A DNA stretch of 64,000 bases from an uncultured Eubacteriales bacterium. Its GTDB lineage: Bacteria > Bacillota > Clostridia > RUG12999. This document shows positions 9,509 to 19,683 of this stretch, piece after piece. How positions within the stretch are numbered: position 1 is the stretch's first letter; each line of letters opens with the position of its first letter. Location of the stretch: NCBI GenBank assembly GCA_964592375.1, contig CAZQDP010000002.1:10369-74368 (forward strand), written 5' to 3'. Under the pieces are notes generated by a model. The model was not told where the DNA came from. It made no database searches and was given only the letters and a program-made list of their open reading frames with translations. A program made the position numbers and the translations under genes.

Positions 9509-9552
9509 CGGATTGTAAAACGAAAATTCAAACATTAAAAAGACCAAAATCA

Positions 9553-9581
9553 TTGACAAATTAGATAAAATGGGTTACAAT
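9553..9581 (+). promoter_or_regulatory. Sigma-A promoter (TTGACA-N17-TACAAT) driving the THF riboswitch and folT.
   Basis: Hexamers at 9553-9558 and 9576-9581. Confidence 0.55.
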
Positions 9582-9594
9582 AAACACATACTTT

Positions 9595-9695
9595 GAGGTA
9601 GAGTAGGTATTGTGCGTCAAGTGTCAAAGGATGGGAAGTTGCCTTTGAACGAAGAATGCGTTTGCATTTGCGGTACAATATCGCTTCCGTTACCA
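9595..9695 (+). promoter_or_regulatory. THF (tetrahydrofolate) riboswitch aptamer.
   Basis: GAGGUAGAGUAGGUAUUGUGCGUCAAGUG...GGAUGGGAAGUUGCC...GAACGAAG...GCGGUACAAUAUCGCUUCC matches the conserved THF-I blocks (AGAGUAG, GCGUnAAGUG, GGAUGGGAuGU, CGAAG, 3' CGCUCC). It resembles the crystallised E. siraeum aptamer as I recall it. It lies in the expected place upstream of folT. Confidence 0.8.
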
Positions 9696-9770
9696 TTTTT
9701 TTATGCCTAAAAGCAAGCTTGCAGGCAATCATTTGGTAACATCCTCTCATTTTGAAAGGATGTATGAAAA

Positions 9771-10301
9771 TTGAACAGAAGTAGTGTTTTTTCAACCAGA
9801 AGGCTTGTGCTGATGTCTGTTTTGGTGGCCATTAGCATTGTGCTGACCAGGTATGCTTCCATCATGCTGTTTGGTGGAACCGTGCGGCTTGGCTTTGGCA
9901 ACATTCCCATTATTTTTGCCGGTCTTCTCCTTGGCCCGTGGGCAGGCGCGCTCACCGGCATTGTATCCGACCTTATTGGCGTGATGTTAAATCCCCAAGG
10001 TACGTTTCATTTAGGATTTACCCTTAGTTCCGCACTTACCGGTATCATACCCGGGCTTGTGGCCATGTTTTTTCGAAGGAAAAGCTTTCGCTGTATTTTG
10101 ATTTCCAATTTACTTGTATATCTTGTCGTTTCCTTGTTGCTGAATACCTTATGGCTTTCGCAGCTGTATGGCAAAGCCTTTTTGGTGCTTCTGCCGGGGC
10201 GTATACTTACCCATGGAATGACCAGTGCCATTAGCATTGCAATGATCACGTTTCTGATGATAAGCATAAAACACATCAATATTGACGATGAAATAAAGTA
10301 A
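9771..10301 (+). CDS. folT: Folate ECF-transporter substrate-binding S component (FolT).
   Basis: About 170 aa, multi-TM, downstream of a THF riboswitch. The track start is TTG at 9771 (RBS aaagga); an alternative ATG start is at 9813. Confidence 0.75.
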   Translation: MNRSSVFSTRRLVLMSVLVAISIVLTRYASIMLFGGTVRLGFGNIPIIFAGLLLGPWAGALTGIVSDLIGVMLNPQGTFHLGFTLSSALTGIIPGLVAMFFRRKSFRCILISNLLVYLVVSLLLNTLWLSQLYGKAFLVLLPGRILTHGMTSAISIAMITFLMISIKHINIDDEIK

Positions 10302-10315
10302 GGTGAACAAATGCG

Positions 10316-11611
10316 CTATTTGCCTTTTTTGCATATGGCCTTTACCGCCCTTTTCGCTGAAGGCACAAGGGACAGAGAGCCGCAAATCACAACAGCTCCC
10401 GTTTTTTGGCTGATCGAAAATGCTGTGGTCACGGCCTCTTGCATGCTTTTTGCCATAAGTGCTTTCATCCCGAGATTTTTGGCCTCGTTAAATAAAAGCG
10501 CTGCTGGCAGTGCGCGTGCATGCTCCGGGGTTACGGCAATAAGCATATCACATGCGGGCGCCAAATGGGCAAGTATTTTCGCATACTCTTTGTCTGCAAA
10601 TATGCCTACAATCATCACGAGCGGACGGCGCCTTACATGAGTGGCCAAAAAATTTGCCAATGCATGTGCACCGTGAGGATTATGTGCTCCATCTAAAAGC
10701 ACAAGTGGGGATTGACACAAGACCTCTTGACGTCCAGGGTGACGGGCGCGAAATAGCCCCTCTGCCAAAACCTGATCACTGATGGCATATCCAAATGAGT
10801 GGCGCAGTACATTTGCCGCCACCACGGCGGTCATGGCATTGTAGACTTGGTGTCTGCCGGAAAGGCGAATTTGCAATTGATGCCCGTCATACCAAAAAGT
10901 CGAACCGGAAATGCGCTCCTTGCATATAAAAAGCTTTGATATATCAGGATAAATTGAGCGGCAGCCCTCACGCGTTGCCTTGTCGTGAAGTACGCCCATC
11001 ACCTCCTTTTCCTGCAAAGGATAAATAACCACAACACCATCTTTTTTAATAATGCCGCTTTTTTCCTCGGCAATCTTTTCAATGTGCGTGCCTAACATTT
11101 TCATGTGGTCAAAAGAAATAGCGGTAATGACGCTGATGAGCGGCGTATCAATGACATTTGTGGTATCCTGCCGTCCACCCATGCAAGCTTCCAGCACCAC
11201 AATATCGCAGCCTGCCTTTTCAAAGGCAACAAAGGCAAGTGCAGTTAAAATTTCATATTCCGTTGGAGGGTCTGCCATTTTTTCCATTTGCTGCACGGCG
11301 TTTTTGATTTCATCACAAGCTGTGGCAAAGGCACTTTGACTTATTTTTCGGCCGTTGGTGCGAATACTCTCTCGCATGCTCTCAAGATATGGAGAGGTAA
11401 AAAGCCCTGTTTTATATCCTGCGCGCTTTAAAATGCAGGCCAACATCACCGCAGTACTTCCTTTGCCGTTTGTTCCCGCAATATGGACAAATTTCAACCT
11501 TTTTTGCGGATTGCAAAGAAGCGCACAAAGGCAAGTCATGCGGGAAAGGCCGGGTTTCGAGCCCAAATACCGATAGGAAGCGATAAAATCAAGAGCCTGT
11601 TTTTCATTCAA
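10316..11611 (-). CDS. folC: Bifunctional folylpolyglutamate synthase / dihydrofolate synthase.
   Basis: Mur-ligase P-loop HIAGTNGKGST and overall FolC architecture. It is convergent with folT. Confidence 0.9.
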   Translation of the reverse strand: MNEKQALDFIASYRYLGSKPGLSRMTCLCALLCNPQKRLKFVHIAGTNGKGSTAVMLACILKRAGYKTGLFTSPYLESMRESIRTNGRKISQSAFATACDEIKNAVQQMEKMADPPTEYEILTALAFVAFEKAGCDIVVLEACMGGRQDTTNVIDTPLISVITAISFDHMKMLGTHIEKIAEEKSGIIKKDGVVVIYPLQEKEVMGVLHDKATREGCRSIYPDISKLFICKERISGSTFWYDGHQLQIRLSGRHQVYNAMTAVVAANVLRHSFGYAISDQVLAEGLFRARHPGRQEVLCQSPLVLLDGAHNPHGAHALANFLATHVRRRPLVMIVGIFADKEYAKILAHLAPACDMLIAVTPEHARALPAALLFNEAKNLGMKALMAKSMQEAVTTAFSISQKTGAVVICGSLSLVPSAKRAVKAICKKGK

Positions 11612-11756
11612 AGCGGTTCACTCCGTTTAATTTAAATGGCATATAATAACATATAATCCTATTTTCAATTGGTGATAATTTGTGAATATTGTACATTGAA
11701 AAATGGATAAAAATATGGTAACATAAAATTTGATGTATCTTATATGGAGGTTTCGT

Positions 11757-12917
11757 ATGCAATATCTGCATCAACTTGGCGTTGTGAATATGCATGCACT
11801 CGGTGTTGCAATCCTAGCTTTGGTCATTTTCAACATCAAAAGTGCCATAGGTCAGGATCGTTCGCTGTATTTACTGATGCTATCAATGATTTGGGTGACC
11901 GTGGTCAGCATATGTGCTGATGCGGCCTCTTGGCTGTTTAACGGGCTTAGTAACCCTTCGGCGTATTATATCGTATATATCAGCAGTGTTGTTTTTTATA
12001 TGACCATGCCGCTCATTGGCATCAGTTGGTATTTTATCTCTGTTTATATGGCGAATAGGCAGCAGGCATTTATTAAAAAAAGGCTATTATTTGCATCCGC
12101 AGTATATTTGTTAGTCATTGTAATGGCAGTGACTAATTCGCACACCAAGCTTCTTTTTTTCGTCGACGCTCAAAATACATATCAAAGAGGGCCGCTATTT
12201 TTTTCTTTTGACATTATTGTGCTTATCTTTCTTGTGCTATCACTTTTTCGTGTCTATGCGCACAAAGCCGACTATGTGTTTGAGACATTGGCCTCTCAAT
12301 ATTTTTGGTTTCCACCGGTTTTTGGCGGTATTATCCAAGCATTCGTTTATGGACTGAACTTCATCTTGGTCGGGATTGTGATATCTATTCTTATGATTTA
12401 TATTGGATTTCAATCCAAAAGCACTCGGCTAGATTATTTAACGGGAATTCACAACAGAAGATATTGCGACAGTATTCTGCAAGCAAGAACAAGGGAAAGA
12501 AAGTTTTCCCTTATTTTAATTGATATCGATAAATTCAAAATGATCAATGATACTTATGGACATACAACGGGGGATATGGTGCTTATTGATATTGCGGCCA
12601 TGCTTAGGATGTCCCTTGGAAAAAATGATTTTATATCACGCTATGGGGGCGACGAATTCTTAATTATTCCCGAAACAGCAGATAAGTATAAGCTTGAAGA
12701 GCTAACACGGCATATTCATCAAATGATAGGGCAGTTCAATGAGGACAGCGCATTTCCCTTCGTTCTATCGGTAAGCGTAGGCTTCGATGTGATGAAGGCA
12801 GGGCAGTACAGAACACCTTCCGGGTTTTTGCATCATGTTGACCAGCTGATGTATATTGAAAAACGAACCAAGCCGCCTAGTCTTGTATTAAAGCAACAAG
12901 ACCAGATTTCTCAATAA
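11757..12917 (+). CDS. Diguanylate cyclase (GGDEF) with an N-terminal integral-membrane sensor domain of 6-8 TM.
   Basis: The C-terminus carries HNRRY...DIDKFKMINDTYGHTTGD...RYGGDEFLII (A-site GGDEF). RBS ggaggt before the ATG at 11757. Confidence 0.85.
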   Translation: MQYLHQLGVVNMHALGVAILALVIFNIKSAIGQDRSLYLLMLSMIWVTVVSICADAASWLFNGLSNPSAYYIVYISSVVFYMTMPLIGISWYFISVYMANRQQAFIKKRLLFASAVYLLVIVMAVTNSHTKLLFFVDAQNTYQRGPLFFSFDIIVLIFLVLSLFRVYAHKADYVFETLASQYFWFPPVFGGIIQAFVYGLNFILVGIVISILMIYIGFQSKSTRLDYLTGIHNRRYCDSILQARTRERKFSLILIDIDKFKMINDTYGHTTGDMVLIDIAAMLRMSLGKNDFISRYGGDEFLIIPETADKYKLEELTRHIHQMIGQFNEDSAFPFVLSVSVGFDVMKAGQYRTPSGFLHHVDQLMYIEKRTKPPSLVLKQQDQISQ

Positions 12918-12983
12918 AACAGAGCGTATCACTTAGTCATTTTCTACATATTGCATGAACTTTTCCTATCAACTGTTTGCTCT

Positions 12984-15395
12984 TTATTTTACCACAAGAT
13001 TAATTAGCTTGCCGGGTACGGCGATAATCTTCACAAGCTGCTTGCCTGCCAAGAGCGCTTCTAGAACACCTTCATTTTGAAGGTGTTCTTGTAATTGCTG
13101 CGCATCAAGTCCCGCATTTACCATCGCTTTGCCGCGAATTTTCCCGCCGACCTGAAGCACAATTTCTACCTGTGCATCAACCGTTTTTTCAATATCATAT
13201 TCAGGCCATGACGTATTGGCAATCTGCCCTTGAAAACCGGAGAGTTGCCACATTTCTTCTGTCATATGGGGAGCAGTGGGATTGAGCAGAACAAGGAAAG
13301 TTTTTAGCTCGCCCTTCGTAATACTGCCTTTTTTATAAAACTCATTGATGAGCGACATGAGCGCCGCAATGGCGGTATTAAATTTCATCCGCTCAATATC
13401 TTCGCCGACTTTTTTAACAGTCTTGTGCATTTCGCTCTCGAGCTCCATGGAGTATCCATCGCCGCCCCTAACCATTTCCTGCAAATTCCAAACGCGTTCC
13501 AAAAATCTGTAGCACCCCTTCACGCCCTGCATGGACCAAGGAGTTGCCTGATCAAAAGCACCGATAAACATTTCATAGGTTCTAAAAGCATCTGCACCAA
13601 AGCTTTTTACAATGTCATCCGGATTAACCACATTGCCACGAGATTTGGACATTTTCTCGTTATTTTCGCCCAAGATCATACCATGAGAGGTACGCTTGCT
13701 ATAAGGCTCAGACGTAGGCACAACACCAATATCAAATAAAAACTTATGCCAAAAGCGAGAATAGAGCAAATGAAGCGTAGTATGTTCCATGCCGCCATTG
13801 TACCAGTTCACCGGCATCCAGTAATCTAAATTTTCCTTTGAGGCGAGCGCATCCCCATTGTGAGGATCCGTGTATCTTAAAAAATACCAAGAGGAACCGG
13901 CCCACTGAGGCATGGTATCCGTTTCCCGACGTGCAGAGCCGCCGCAGGTTGGGCAGGTGGTACTTACCCAGGATTCAATTTTAGAAAGAGGGGATTCCCC
14001 TGTATCGGAAGGTTCATAGTTTTCTACCTCCGGCAAAATGAGAGGTAACTGGCTTTCAGGGATGGGAACATAGCCACAGCAAGGGCAGTGAACCAGAGGA
14101 ATAGGCTCACCCCAGTAGCGCTGGCGGGAGAACACCCAGTCTCTTAGTTTATAATTTACCTTTCTTGTGCCAATACCTTTTTCTTCCAAAAATGAAGTGA
14201 TGGCATTAATGGCTTCTTTTACCTGCATCCCATTTAAAAAACCGGAATTGATCATTTCTCCCGAAGATACATCCGTATAAGCACCATTGGCAAGATCATC
14301 CCCTCCTGAGACCACCTCGCGGATGGGAAGAGAAAACTTTTTGGCAAATTCATAATCTCGCTCGTCATGGGCAGGAACTGCCATGATAGCACCTGTTCCG
14401 TAGGTTGTTAGTACATAATCGGAAATCCATATGGAAATTTCATCGTTATTGACAGGGTTGATGGCTTTAATGCCTTTGAGCTCCACACCTGTTTTGTCCT
14501 TGACAAGCTCGGTGCGCTCAAATTCGGATTTTTTAGCCGCTGCTTCTTTATAGGCATTTATTTCATCGATGTTCAAAAGCTTATCACTGAGCTGACCTAA
14601 GAGTGCATGCTCGGGTGACAATACCATATAGGTTGCCCCAAAGAGCGTGTCCGGCCTAGTAGTATACACTCTCACCACATGCTCGGTTCCGGCGATGGTG
14701 AAATCCACCTCAGCACCTTCTGAGCGGCCAATCCAATTCTTTTGCTGAAGTTTTACCTTTTCAATATACTGCAAATCATCCAAATCGTCAATCAGCCTTT
14801 GGGCATAGGCGGTGATTTTCAGCATCCATTGGCTTTTGTTCTTTTGCACAACCTCGCTTTGACAGCGTTCACATTTGCCGGCGATAACCTCTTCGTTTGC
14901 AAGCCCGGCTTTGCAAGAGGGGCACCAATTTACCGGCATTTCCTGCTTATAAGCAAGTCCGCGCTCAAATAGCCGAAGGAAAATCCACTGTGTCCATTTA
15001 TAGTATTCAGGATCCGTTGTATTGATCTCTCTTGACCAATCAAAGGAAAACCCAAGACTTTTGAGCTGACGCTTGAAATTGGCAATATTGTCTGCAGTGA
15101 TTTTTTTGGGGTGCACCTTGTTTTTGATGGCGAAATTTTCAGTGGGCAGACCAAACGCATCCCACCCCATGGGGTAGAGTACATTCTGACCATCTAGTCT
15201 TCTTTTTCTTGCCAGTATGTCAAGTGCAGTATAGCTTCTGGGATGGCCCACGTGCAGGCCCTGCCCCGAAGGATATGGGAATTCCACCAAAAGATAGCAT
15301 TTGGGTTTACTGTGATCGTTTGATACTGCAAAAGTTCCTTCATCCTCCCAAATCTGCTGCCACTTTTTTTCGATATTAGAAAATTGATAATTCAT
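12984..15395 (-). CDS. leuS: Leucine--tRNA ligase.
   Basis: HVGHP (HIGH) and KMSKS motifs, about 803 aa, starting [13 protein letters not shown]. Confidence 0.95.
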   Translation of the reverse strand: MNYQFSNIEKKWQQIWEDEGTFAVSNDHSKPKCYLLVEFPYPSGQGLHVGHPRSYTALDILARKRRLDGQNVLYPMGWDAFGLPTENFAIKNKVHPKKITADNIANFKRQLKSLGFSFDWSREINTTDPEYYKWTQWIFLRLFERGLAYKQEMPVNWCPSCKAGLANEEVIAGKCERCQSEVVQKNKSQWMLKITAYAQRLIDDLDDLQYIEKVKLQQKNWIGRSEGAEVDFTIAGTEHVVRVYTTRPDTLFGATYMVLSPEHALLGQLSDKLLNIDEINAYKEAAAKKSEFERTELVKDKTGVELKGIKAINPVNNDEISIWISDYVLTTYGTGAIMAVPAHDERDYEFAKKFSLPIREVVSGGDDLANGAYTDVSSGEMINSGFLNGMQVKEAINAITSFLEEKGIGTRKVNYKLRDWVFSRQRYWGEPIPLVHCPCCGYVPIPESQLPLILPEVENYEPSDTGESPLSKIESWVSTTCPTCGGSARRETDTMPQWAGSSWYFLRYTDPHNGDALASKENLDYWMPVNWYNGGMEHTTLHLLYSRFWHKFLFDIGVVPTSEPYSKRTSHGMILGENNEKMSKSRGNVVNPDDIVKSFGADAFRTYEMFIGAFDQATPWSMQGVKGCYRFLERVWNLQEMVRGGDGYSMELESEMHKTVKKVGEDIERMKFNTAIAALMSLINEFYKKGSITKGELKTFLVLLNPTAPHMTEEMWQLSGFQGQIANTSWPEYDIEKTVDAQVEIVLQVGGKIRGKAMVNAGLDAQQLQEHLQNEGVLEALLAGKQLVKIIAVPGKLINLVVK

Positions 15396-15408
15396 TTTAG
15401 ACACCCTT

Positions 15409-15750
15409 TCATTGTACTTGCACCGCATCTGCCCATAACCGTTCTAAAGAATAGAATTCATGGGCTTCTTTGGTAAATATATGAACAGCAAAACTGCCGT
15501 AATCCATGAGTATCCAGCTGGCACTGCGGTATCCCTCACTGTGCGAGGCTACGATATTTTGGGCTGCAAGCTTTTCATAAACCTCATCACACAGCGCTTT
15601 GATATGTGTGGAGGAGCTACCGCTGCAAATAACAAAATAATCTGCAATGCTGGTGAGATTTTCCACGCACAGCACCTTCACATCCAATGCTTTCTTATCC
15701 GTTAAAATAGTTGCCGCCAAAAGGGCAATATCCCTTGAGGTATATTCCAT
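15409..15750 (-). CDS. rsfS: Ribosome silencing factor RsfS (Iojap).
   Basis: About 113 aa. [17 protein letters not shown]...[17 protein letters not shown] is typical of RsfS. Confidence 0.85.
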   Translation of the reverse strand: MEYTSRDIALLAATILTDKKALDVKVLCVENLTSIADYFVICSGSSSTHIKALCDEVYEKLAAQNIVASHSEGYRSASWILMDYGSFAVHIFTKEAHEFYSLERLWADAVQVQ

Positions 15751-15784
15751 ATGCAAAGTCCTCCTTGTATGCAATTGATATTCC

Positions 15785-16372
15785 TTATGTTATCTTAGCG
15801 CTTCGTTTCTGTTCAATCAGCTCGTTGCGCGCAGCTATTGTAAGTGGATGAATGGTAAGTCCCCGTTCAATTAAGGATTTTAGCGTAAAATCAATGGTGA
15901 TGAGTATCCCCGCATCCAGCTCGCGCAGCGTTTGCGCTCGCACGCCTGCAACCCATGGATATTCGCAGTCTCTGCCGCATTCCACCATATCCGCTACGTA
16001 AATCACTTTGGTAAGCAGGGACATTTGAGGCTTTCCCACCGTGTGGTAATAAATTGCATCATAAATATCTGCGTCACAAGCTTCAAAATCCATTGCGGCA
16101 AGCTCAGCACCCAGCGGCGCATGCCACAGACCTTTTTCCCGTAGCATCATGGGATCAATGCGTTCTTTGCAAGTCTGTAAAAGCGCTTCCCGCTCACTGC
16201 CTGTCAGTTCCTTAGCGCAATCGTGCAGAAGTCCTGCCACCGCCGCCTTCTCGGGATCTGCCCCGAATGTTTTTGCTAAACAAATTGCCATATCCATCAC
16301 ACCAAGCGAGTGGATATAACGCTCGGAGGAGAGCATATCGGACAGTTTTTTCTTCATTTCCTTGATGGTCAC
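15785..16372 (-). CDS. yqeK: HD-domain bis(5'-nucleosyl)-tetraphosphatase YqeK.
   Basis: HSLGV...LLHDCAK HD motif, in the conserved position after nadD. Confidence 0.8.
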   Translation of the reverse strand: MTIKEMKKKLSDMLSSERYIHSLGVMDMAICLAKTFGADPEKAAVAGLLHDCAKELTGSEREALLQTCKERIDPMMLREKGLWHAPLGAELAAMDFEACDADIYDAIYYHTVGKPQMSLLTKVIYVADMVECGRDCEYPWVAGVRAQTLRELDAGILITIDFTLKSLIERGLTIHPLTIAARNELIEQKRSAKIT

Positions 16373-16431
16373 TTTACAATATCTTTCCTTTCAGCAGCCT
16401 TTGCAAGGCAAAGTCCGCTCCTGAAAATTTT

Positions 16432-17034
16432 TCAGGTATTTTGATATAAATGATGCTTCGAAATATATGCCATCACCGCTTGCGGCACATAGGGAGAAAT
16501 GTCTTGACCTTGTGCAACCTTGCGGCGAATGGTGGTGGAGGAAATGTCCACCGGAAGTATATCCAAAAACAAAATATTAGCAGAGAATTTTTCTGCAAGC
16601 ACATGGGCCTTTTGCAGCATAGCACCATCATCATAACCACTGCGAGGCGCCACCGCCACGGTACACAGGTGGAAAATACGCTCAGGCTCTGCCCAAAGAG
16701 CCATATAATCAAGTGAATCAGCACCCACAAGAAAAATCAGCTCCGCATCAGGGTATTTTTCTGCGAAAAATTCGAGTGTTTGATAGGTGTAGGAGGTGCT
16801 GTCTTTATCCAGCTCATAGCTACTGATTAAAAATCCCCACTCATCTGCTACCAAATGCAGCATATTCAATCGATGGGTTTTGCAGACAAAGCCGCCCCCC
16901 TCTTTGTGAGGGGGCCGGCCTGCAGGTACAAATATCATTTGGTCAAGCCCGAGTAAGGCTTTTGACTGCTTGGCGATCACCATATGTCCGTTATGCACAG
17001 GGTCAAAGGTGCCTCCGAAAATACCGATTTTCAT
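16432..17034 (-). CDS. nadD: Nicotinate-nucleotide adenylyltransferase.
   Basis: MKIGIFGGTFDPVHNGH (HxGH nucleotidyltransferase). Confidence 0.9.
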   Translation of the reverse strand: MKIGIFGGTFDPVHNGHMVIAKQSKALLGLDQMIFVPAGRPPHKEGGGFVCKTHRLNMLHLVADEWGFLISSYELDKDSTSYTYQTLEFFAEKYPDAELIFLVGADSLDYMALWAEPERIFHLCTVAVAPRSGYDDGAMLQKAHVLAEKFSANILFLDILPVDISSTTIRRKVAQGQDISPYVPQAVMAYISKHHLYQNT

Positions 17035-17085
17035 GTATGCATCCCCTTGCAAACCAGAAGTATTCTGCCCCAAGTCCTGCGAATT

Positions 17086-17382
17086 TTAGGGCAGCACAAT
17101 CCTTCGTTTGTCCTTATCCCGTGCCATGCGGTAGAGCACAAATTTAAGACCAATGGACTGTACCGGCTCTGCACCGGCAAGGCGAGCTAATTCATTGCAA
17201 GCCTCCTTGGCAGTGAGTAGCGCAGTATCGAGCACGGTAACTTTAATGATCTCTCGTGCCTCCAACGCCTCATCAATCTGGGCTACCAAATTGTCGTTTA
17301 TTCCGTTTTTACCGATTTGCAAAATGGGGTCTATACCATTTGCAAGCCCACGAAGGTAGGCCCTTTGTTTGGTTGTTATCAA
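17086..17382 (-). CDS. yhbY: RNA-binding protein YhbY (CRS1/YhbY ribosome-assembly factor).
   Basis: TTKQRAYLRGLANGIDPILQIGKNGI...IIKV is the CRS1_YhbY domain. Confidence 0.85.
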   Translation of the reverse strand: MITTKQRAYLRGLANGIDPILQIGKNGINDNLVAQIDEALEAREIIKVTVLDTALLTAKEACNELARLAGAEPVQSIGLKFVLYRMARDKDKRRIVLP

Positions 17383-17473
17383 TTCAACACATCCCTGCCT
17401 TATTTTGGGTATATTATAATACTCTTTTCATAAAAAAGCAAGAGAAAAACACAAGGGAAGCAGAAATCTTGCT

Positions 17474-19132
17474 TTACATGTGGTTGATGGCACTGACAAG
17501 TGCTGTAACCGAAGCAGTGATAATATCCGTATCCATCCCTGCACCCCAGTGCATTTTTCCATTTTCATCGGTAATGCCAACATAAGCTACCGCACTAGAG
17601 TCCGACCCTTTTGTAAGGGCGTGTTCGTAATATTGAGAAATATCATATGAGAGATGAAGAGCGGATTTGATGGCATGACTCACGGCATCCAAACGACCAT
17701 TGCCTTCACCTTTTGCACGGTAGCATGTAGCATCCATTTCCATTTCCACATCGGCGCTAAATCGAGAAGCGCCATTGCCCGTGGTTTCATAGTTTAAGAG
17801 GGAGAGGCGTCCCTTTATGTGAATATATTCCGCCATAAAGATATCCAAAATCTCCTGAGGCACAAGCTCCTTGTGCAACTTGTCGGACACAGCCTTTACC
17901 TTATAGCCAAAGTCCTCACGCATATTTGCCGGCAGAATAAAGCCGTAGTTCTTTTCAAGCAGATAACCGATACCGCCCTTGCCCGACTGACTGTTGATGC
18001 GAATGACATCTTTATCATACTGCCGCCCCACATCCGCAGGGTCAATGGGAAGATATGGCACGTTCCAAGTCGTAATTCCCTTCTCTTTGTGGTATGCCAT
18101 GCCTTTGGCAATGGCATCCTGATGAGATCCGGAAAAAGCGGCATAAACCAGTCGTCCTGCATAGGGCTGCCTGTCATACACCGGCATATCGGTGAGTCTT
18201 TCATACGTATCCACCACCTCGGGCAGATTGGTAAAATCAAGGCCGGGATTGATGCCTTGCGCATACATATTCAGCGCAAGGGTCACAATATCCACATTGC
18301 CCGTTCTCTCACCGTTACCAAACAGTGTGCCCTCCACCCTGTCGGCACCTGCAAGTAGTCCCATTTCCGTTGCGGCAACCGCACAGCCTCTGTCATTATG
18401 GGGGTGCAAGGAAATGATGACGTGTTCCCGATATTTCATATGGGTCGACATGTATTCCACTTGGCTGGCATACACATGCGGCATGGATACCTCAACAGTG
18501 GCTGGAAGGTTAATAATCACCTTGTTCTTGGCAGAAGGTTGCAGGACATCCAGTACATGAGAGCAAATTTCAAGGGCAAAATCCATCTCGGTACCCGTAA
18601 AGCTTTCTGGCGAGTATTCAAACAAAAAGTTTCCTTTTTTTTCCTTCGCACATTGCTTAGCGATTTGCGCACCGGATACCGCAATATCTATGATTTCCTG
18701 TTTTGACTTTTTAAATACCTGCTCACGCTGTGCGATAGAGGTGGAATTGTATAAATGCACAACTGCCCTCGGAGCACCTTCAATGGCCTCAAAGGTCTTT
18801 TCAATAATGTGCTTTCTGGACTGAGTCAGCACTTGAATGGTGACATCCTCCGGGATAAGCTTGTCATCAATGAGGCGGCGCACAAACTGATACTCCGTAT
18901 CGGAAGCTGCAGGAAAGCCCACCTCAATTTCTTTGAAGCCTATCTTCACAAGAAACACAAAAAACTGTATTTTTTCATCCAGCGACATGGGAATGATCAA
19001 GGACTGATTTCCATCTCGAAGGTCAACACTGCACCAAATAGGTGGGCCCTCTACAGATTGCTTCTGCATCCATGTTGTACTGGTGGTGGGTGGCATAAAA
19101 TAACATTTGGAATACTTTTTCACGTTTTTCAT
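17474..19132 (-). CDS. leuA: 2-isopropylmalate synthase, long (type 2) form.
   Basis: PIWCSVDLRDGNQS (HMGL-like) with HPHNDRG and a LeuA dimerisation C-terminus, about 552 aa. RBS aaggag 9 nt before the ATG at 19130-19132; the track start 19183 is upstream in frame. Confidence 0.85.
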   Translation of the reverse strand: MKNVKKYSKCYFMPPTTSTTWMQKQSVEGPPIWCSVDLRDGNQSLIIPMSLDEKIQFFVFLVKIGFKEIEVGFPAASDTEYQFVRRLIDDKLIPEDVTIQVLTQSRKHIIEKTFEAIEGAPRAVVHLYNSTSIAQREQVFKKSKQEIIDIAVSGAQIAKQCAKEKKGNFLFEYSPESFTGTEMDFALEICSHVLDVLQPSAKNKVIINLPATVEVSMPHVYASQVEYMSTHMKYREHVIISLHPHNDRGCAVAATEMGLLAGADRVEGTLFGNGERTGNVDIVTLALNMYAQGINPGLDFTNLPEVVDTYERLTDMPVYDRQPYAGRLVYAAFSGSHQDAIAKGMAYHKEKGITTWNVPYLPIDPADVGRQYDKDVIRINSQSGKGGIGYLLEKNYGFILPANMREDFGYKVKAVSDKLHKELVPQEILDIFMAEYIHIKGRLSLLNYETTGNGASRFSADVEMEMDATCYRAKGEGNGRLDAVSHAIKSALHLSYDISQYYEHALTKGSDSSAVAYVGITDENGKMHWGAGMDTDIITASVTALVSAINHM

Positions 19133-19199
19133 ACTGCATAACTCCTTTCGTGTACAAAGCGTATGGTTTCTTTTAAAACCCATTTTTGTAGTGCGTTGC

Positions 19200-19480
19200 C
19201 TTAAAAACTACATAGGCGGCGAAAGGTCGACACGCAAAAAAGCCTTTCGTCTCCTTTAGAGACGAAAGGCTAAGCAAGCTTTCCGCGGTACCACTCTAAT
19301 TCATTTCCAAAAGGAAATGCGCTCTTTGCAGATACGGACCGATTTTACGATCTTATATCCTTCTGCGATCACGGGCAGATGCCGTCCCAACCTACTATGA
19401 TTTCAGCGGGCTACTCCAAGGCCAGTTCAAATATCCATCGGCGACTGCCTTGCACCACCCGGCAGCTCTCTGACACCTTG
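19200..19480 (-). promoter_or_regulatory. T-box riboswitch leader (Leu-type) with an intrinsic terminator, upstream of leuA.
   Basis: The minus-strand RNA contains AAUUAGAGUGGUACCGCGG (T-box consensus AAUUAGGGUGGNACCGCG) at 19287-19305. It is followed by the terminator gccuuucgucuc-uaaa-ggagacgaaaggc-UUUUUU at 19235-19269. The Stem I region has a candidate specifier GAA-CUG-G (Leu). Confidence 0.8.
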
Positions 19481-19538
19481 CGAATACTCTACTATTCCTT
19501 TTCACAGTATTTCTATGAACGAATATGAAATTATACTT

Positions 19539-19568
19539 TATTATACACCCTGAGCAAATGATTTGTCA
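19539..19568 (-). promoter_or_regulatory. Sigma-A promoter (TTGACA-N18-TATAAT) for the T-box/leuA transcript.
   Basis: Reverse complement of 19563-19568 is TTGACA and of 19539-19544 is TATAAT. Confidence 0.5.
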
Positions 19569-19683
19569 ACACATTTTTTCCCACATGCCGTTTTTAGCAA
19601 ATGATGTTCATTTTAAGAAAACAAAAAACAAGAAGATTAGTTTTGCATAAACAGAATGAGCATTGCTTCCTTTTGCGGCTTTA

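Noticed and set aside
17896-18560. ORFs of 179, 122 and 122 aa inside leuA on both strands.
   Set aside because: They overlap the strongly supported LeuA coding frame and have no RBS.
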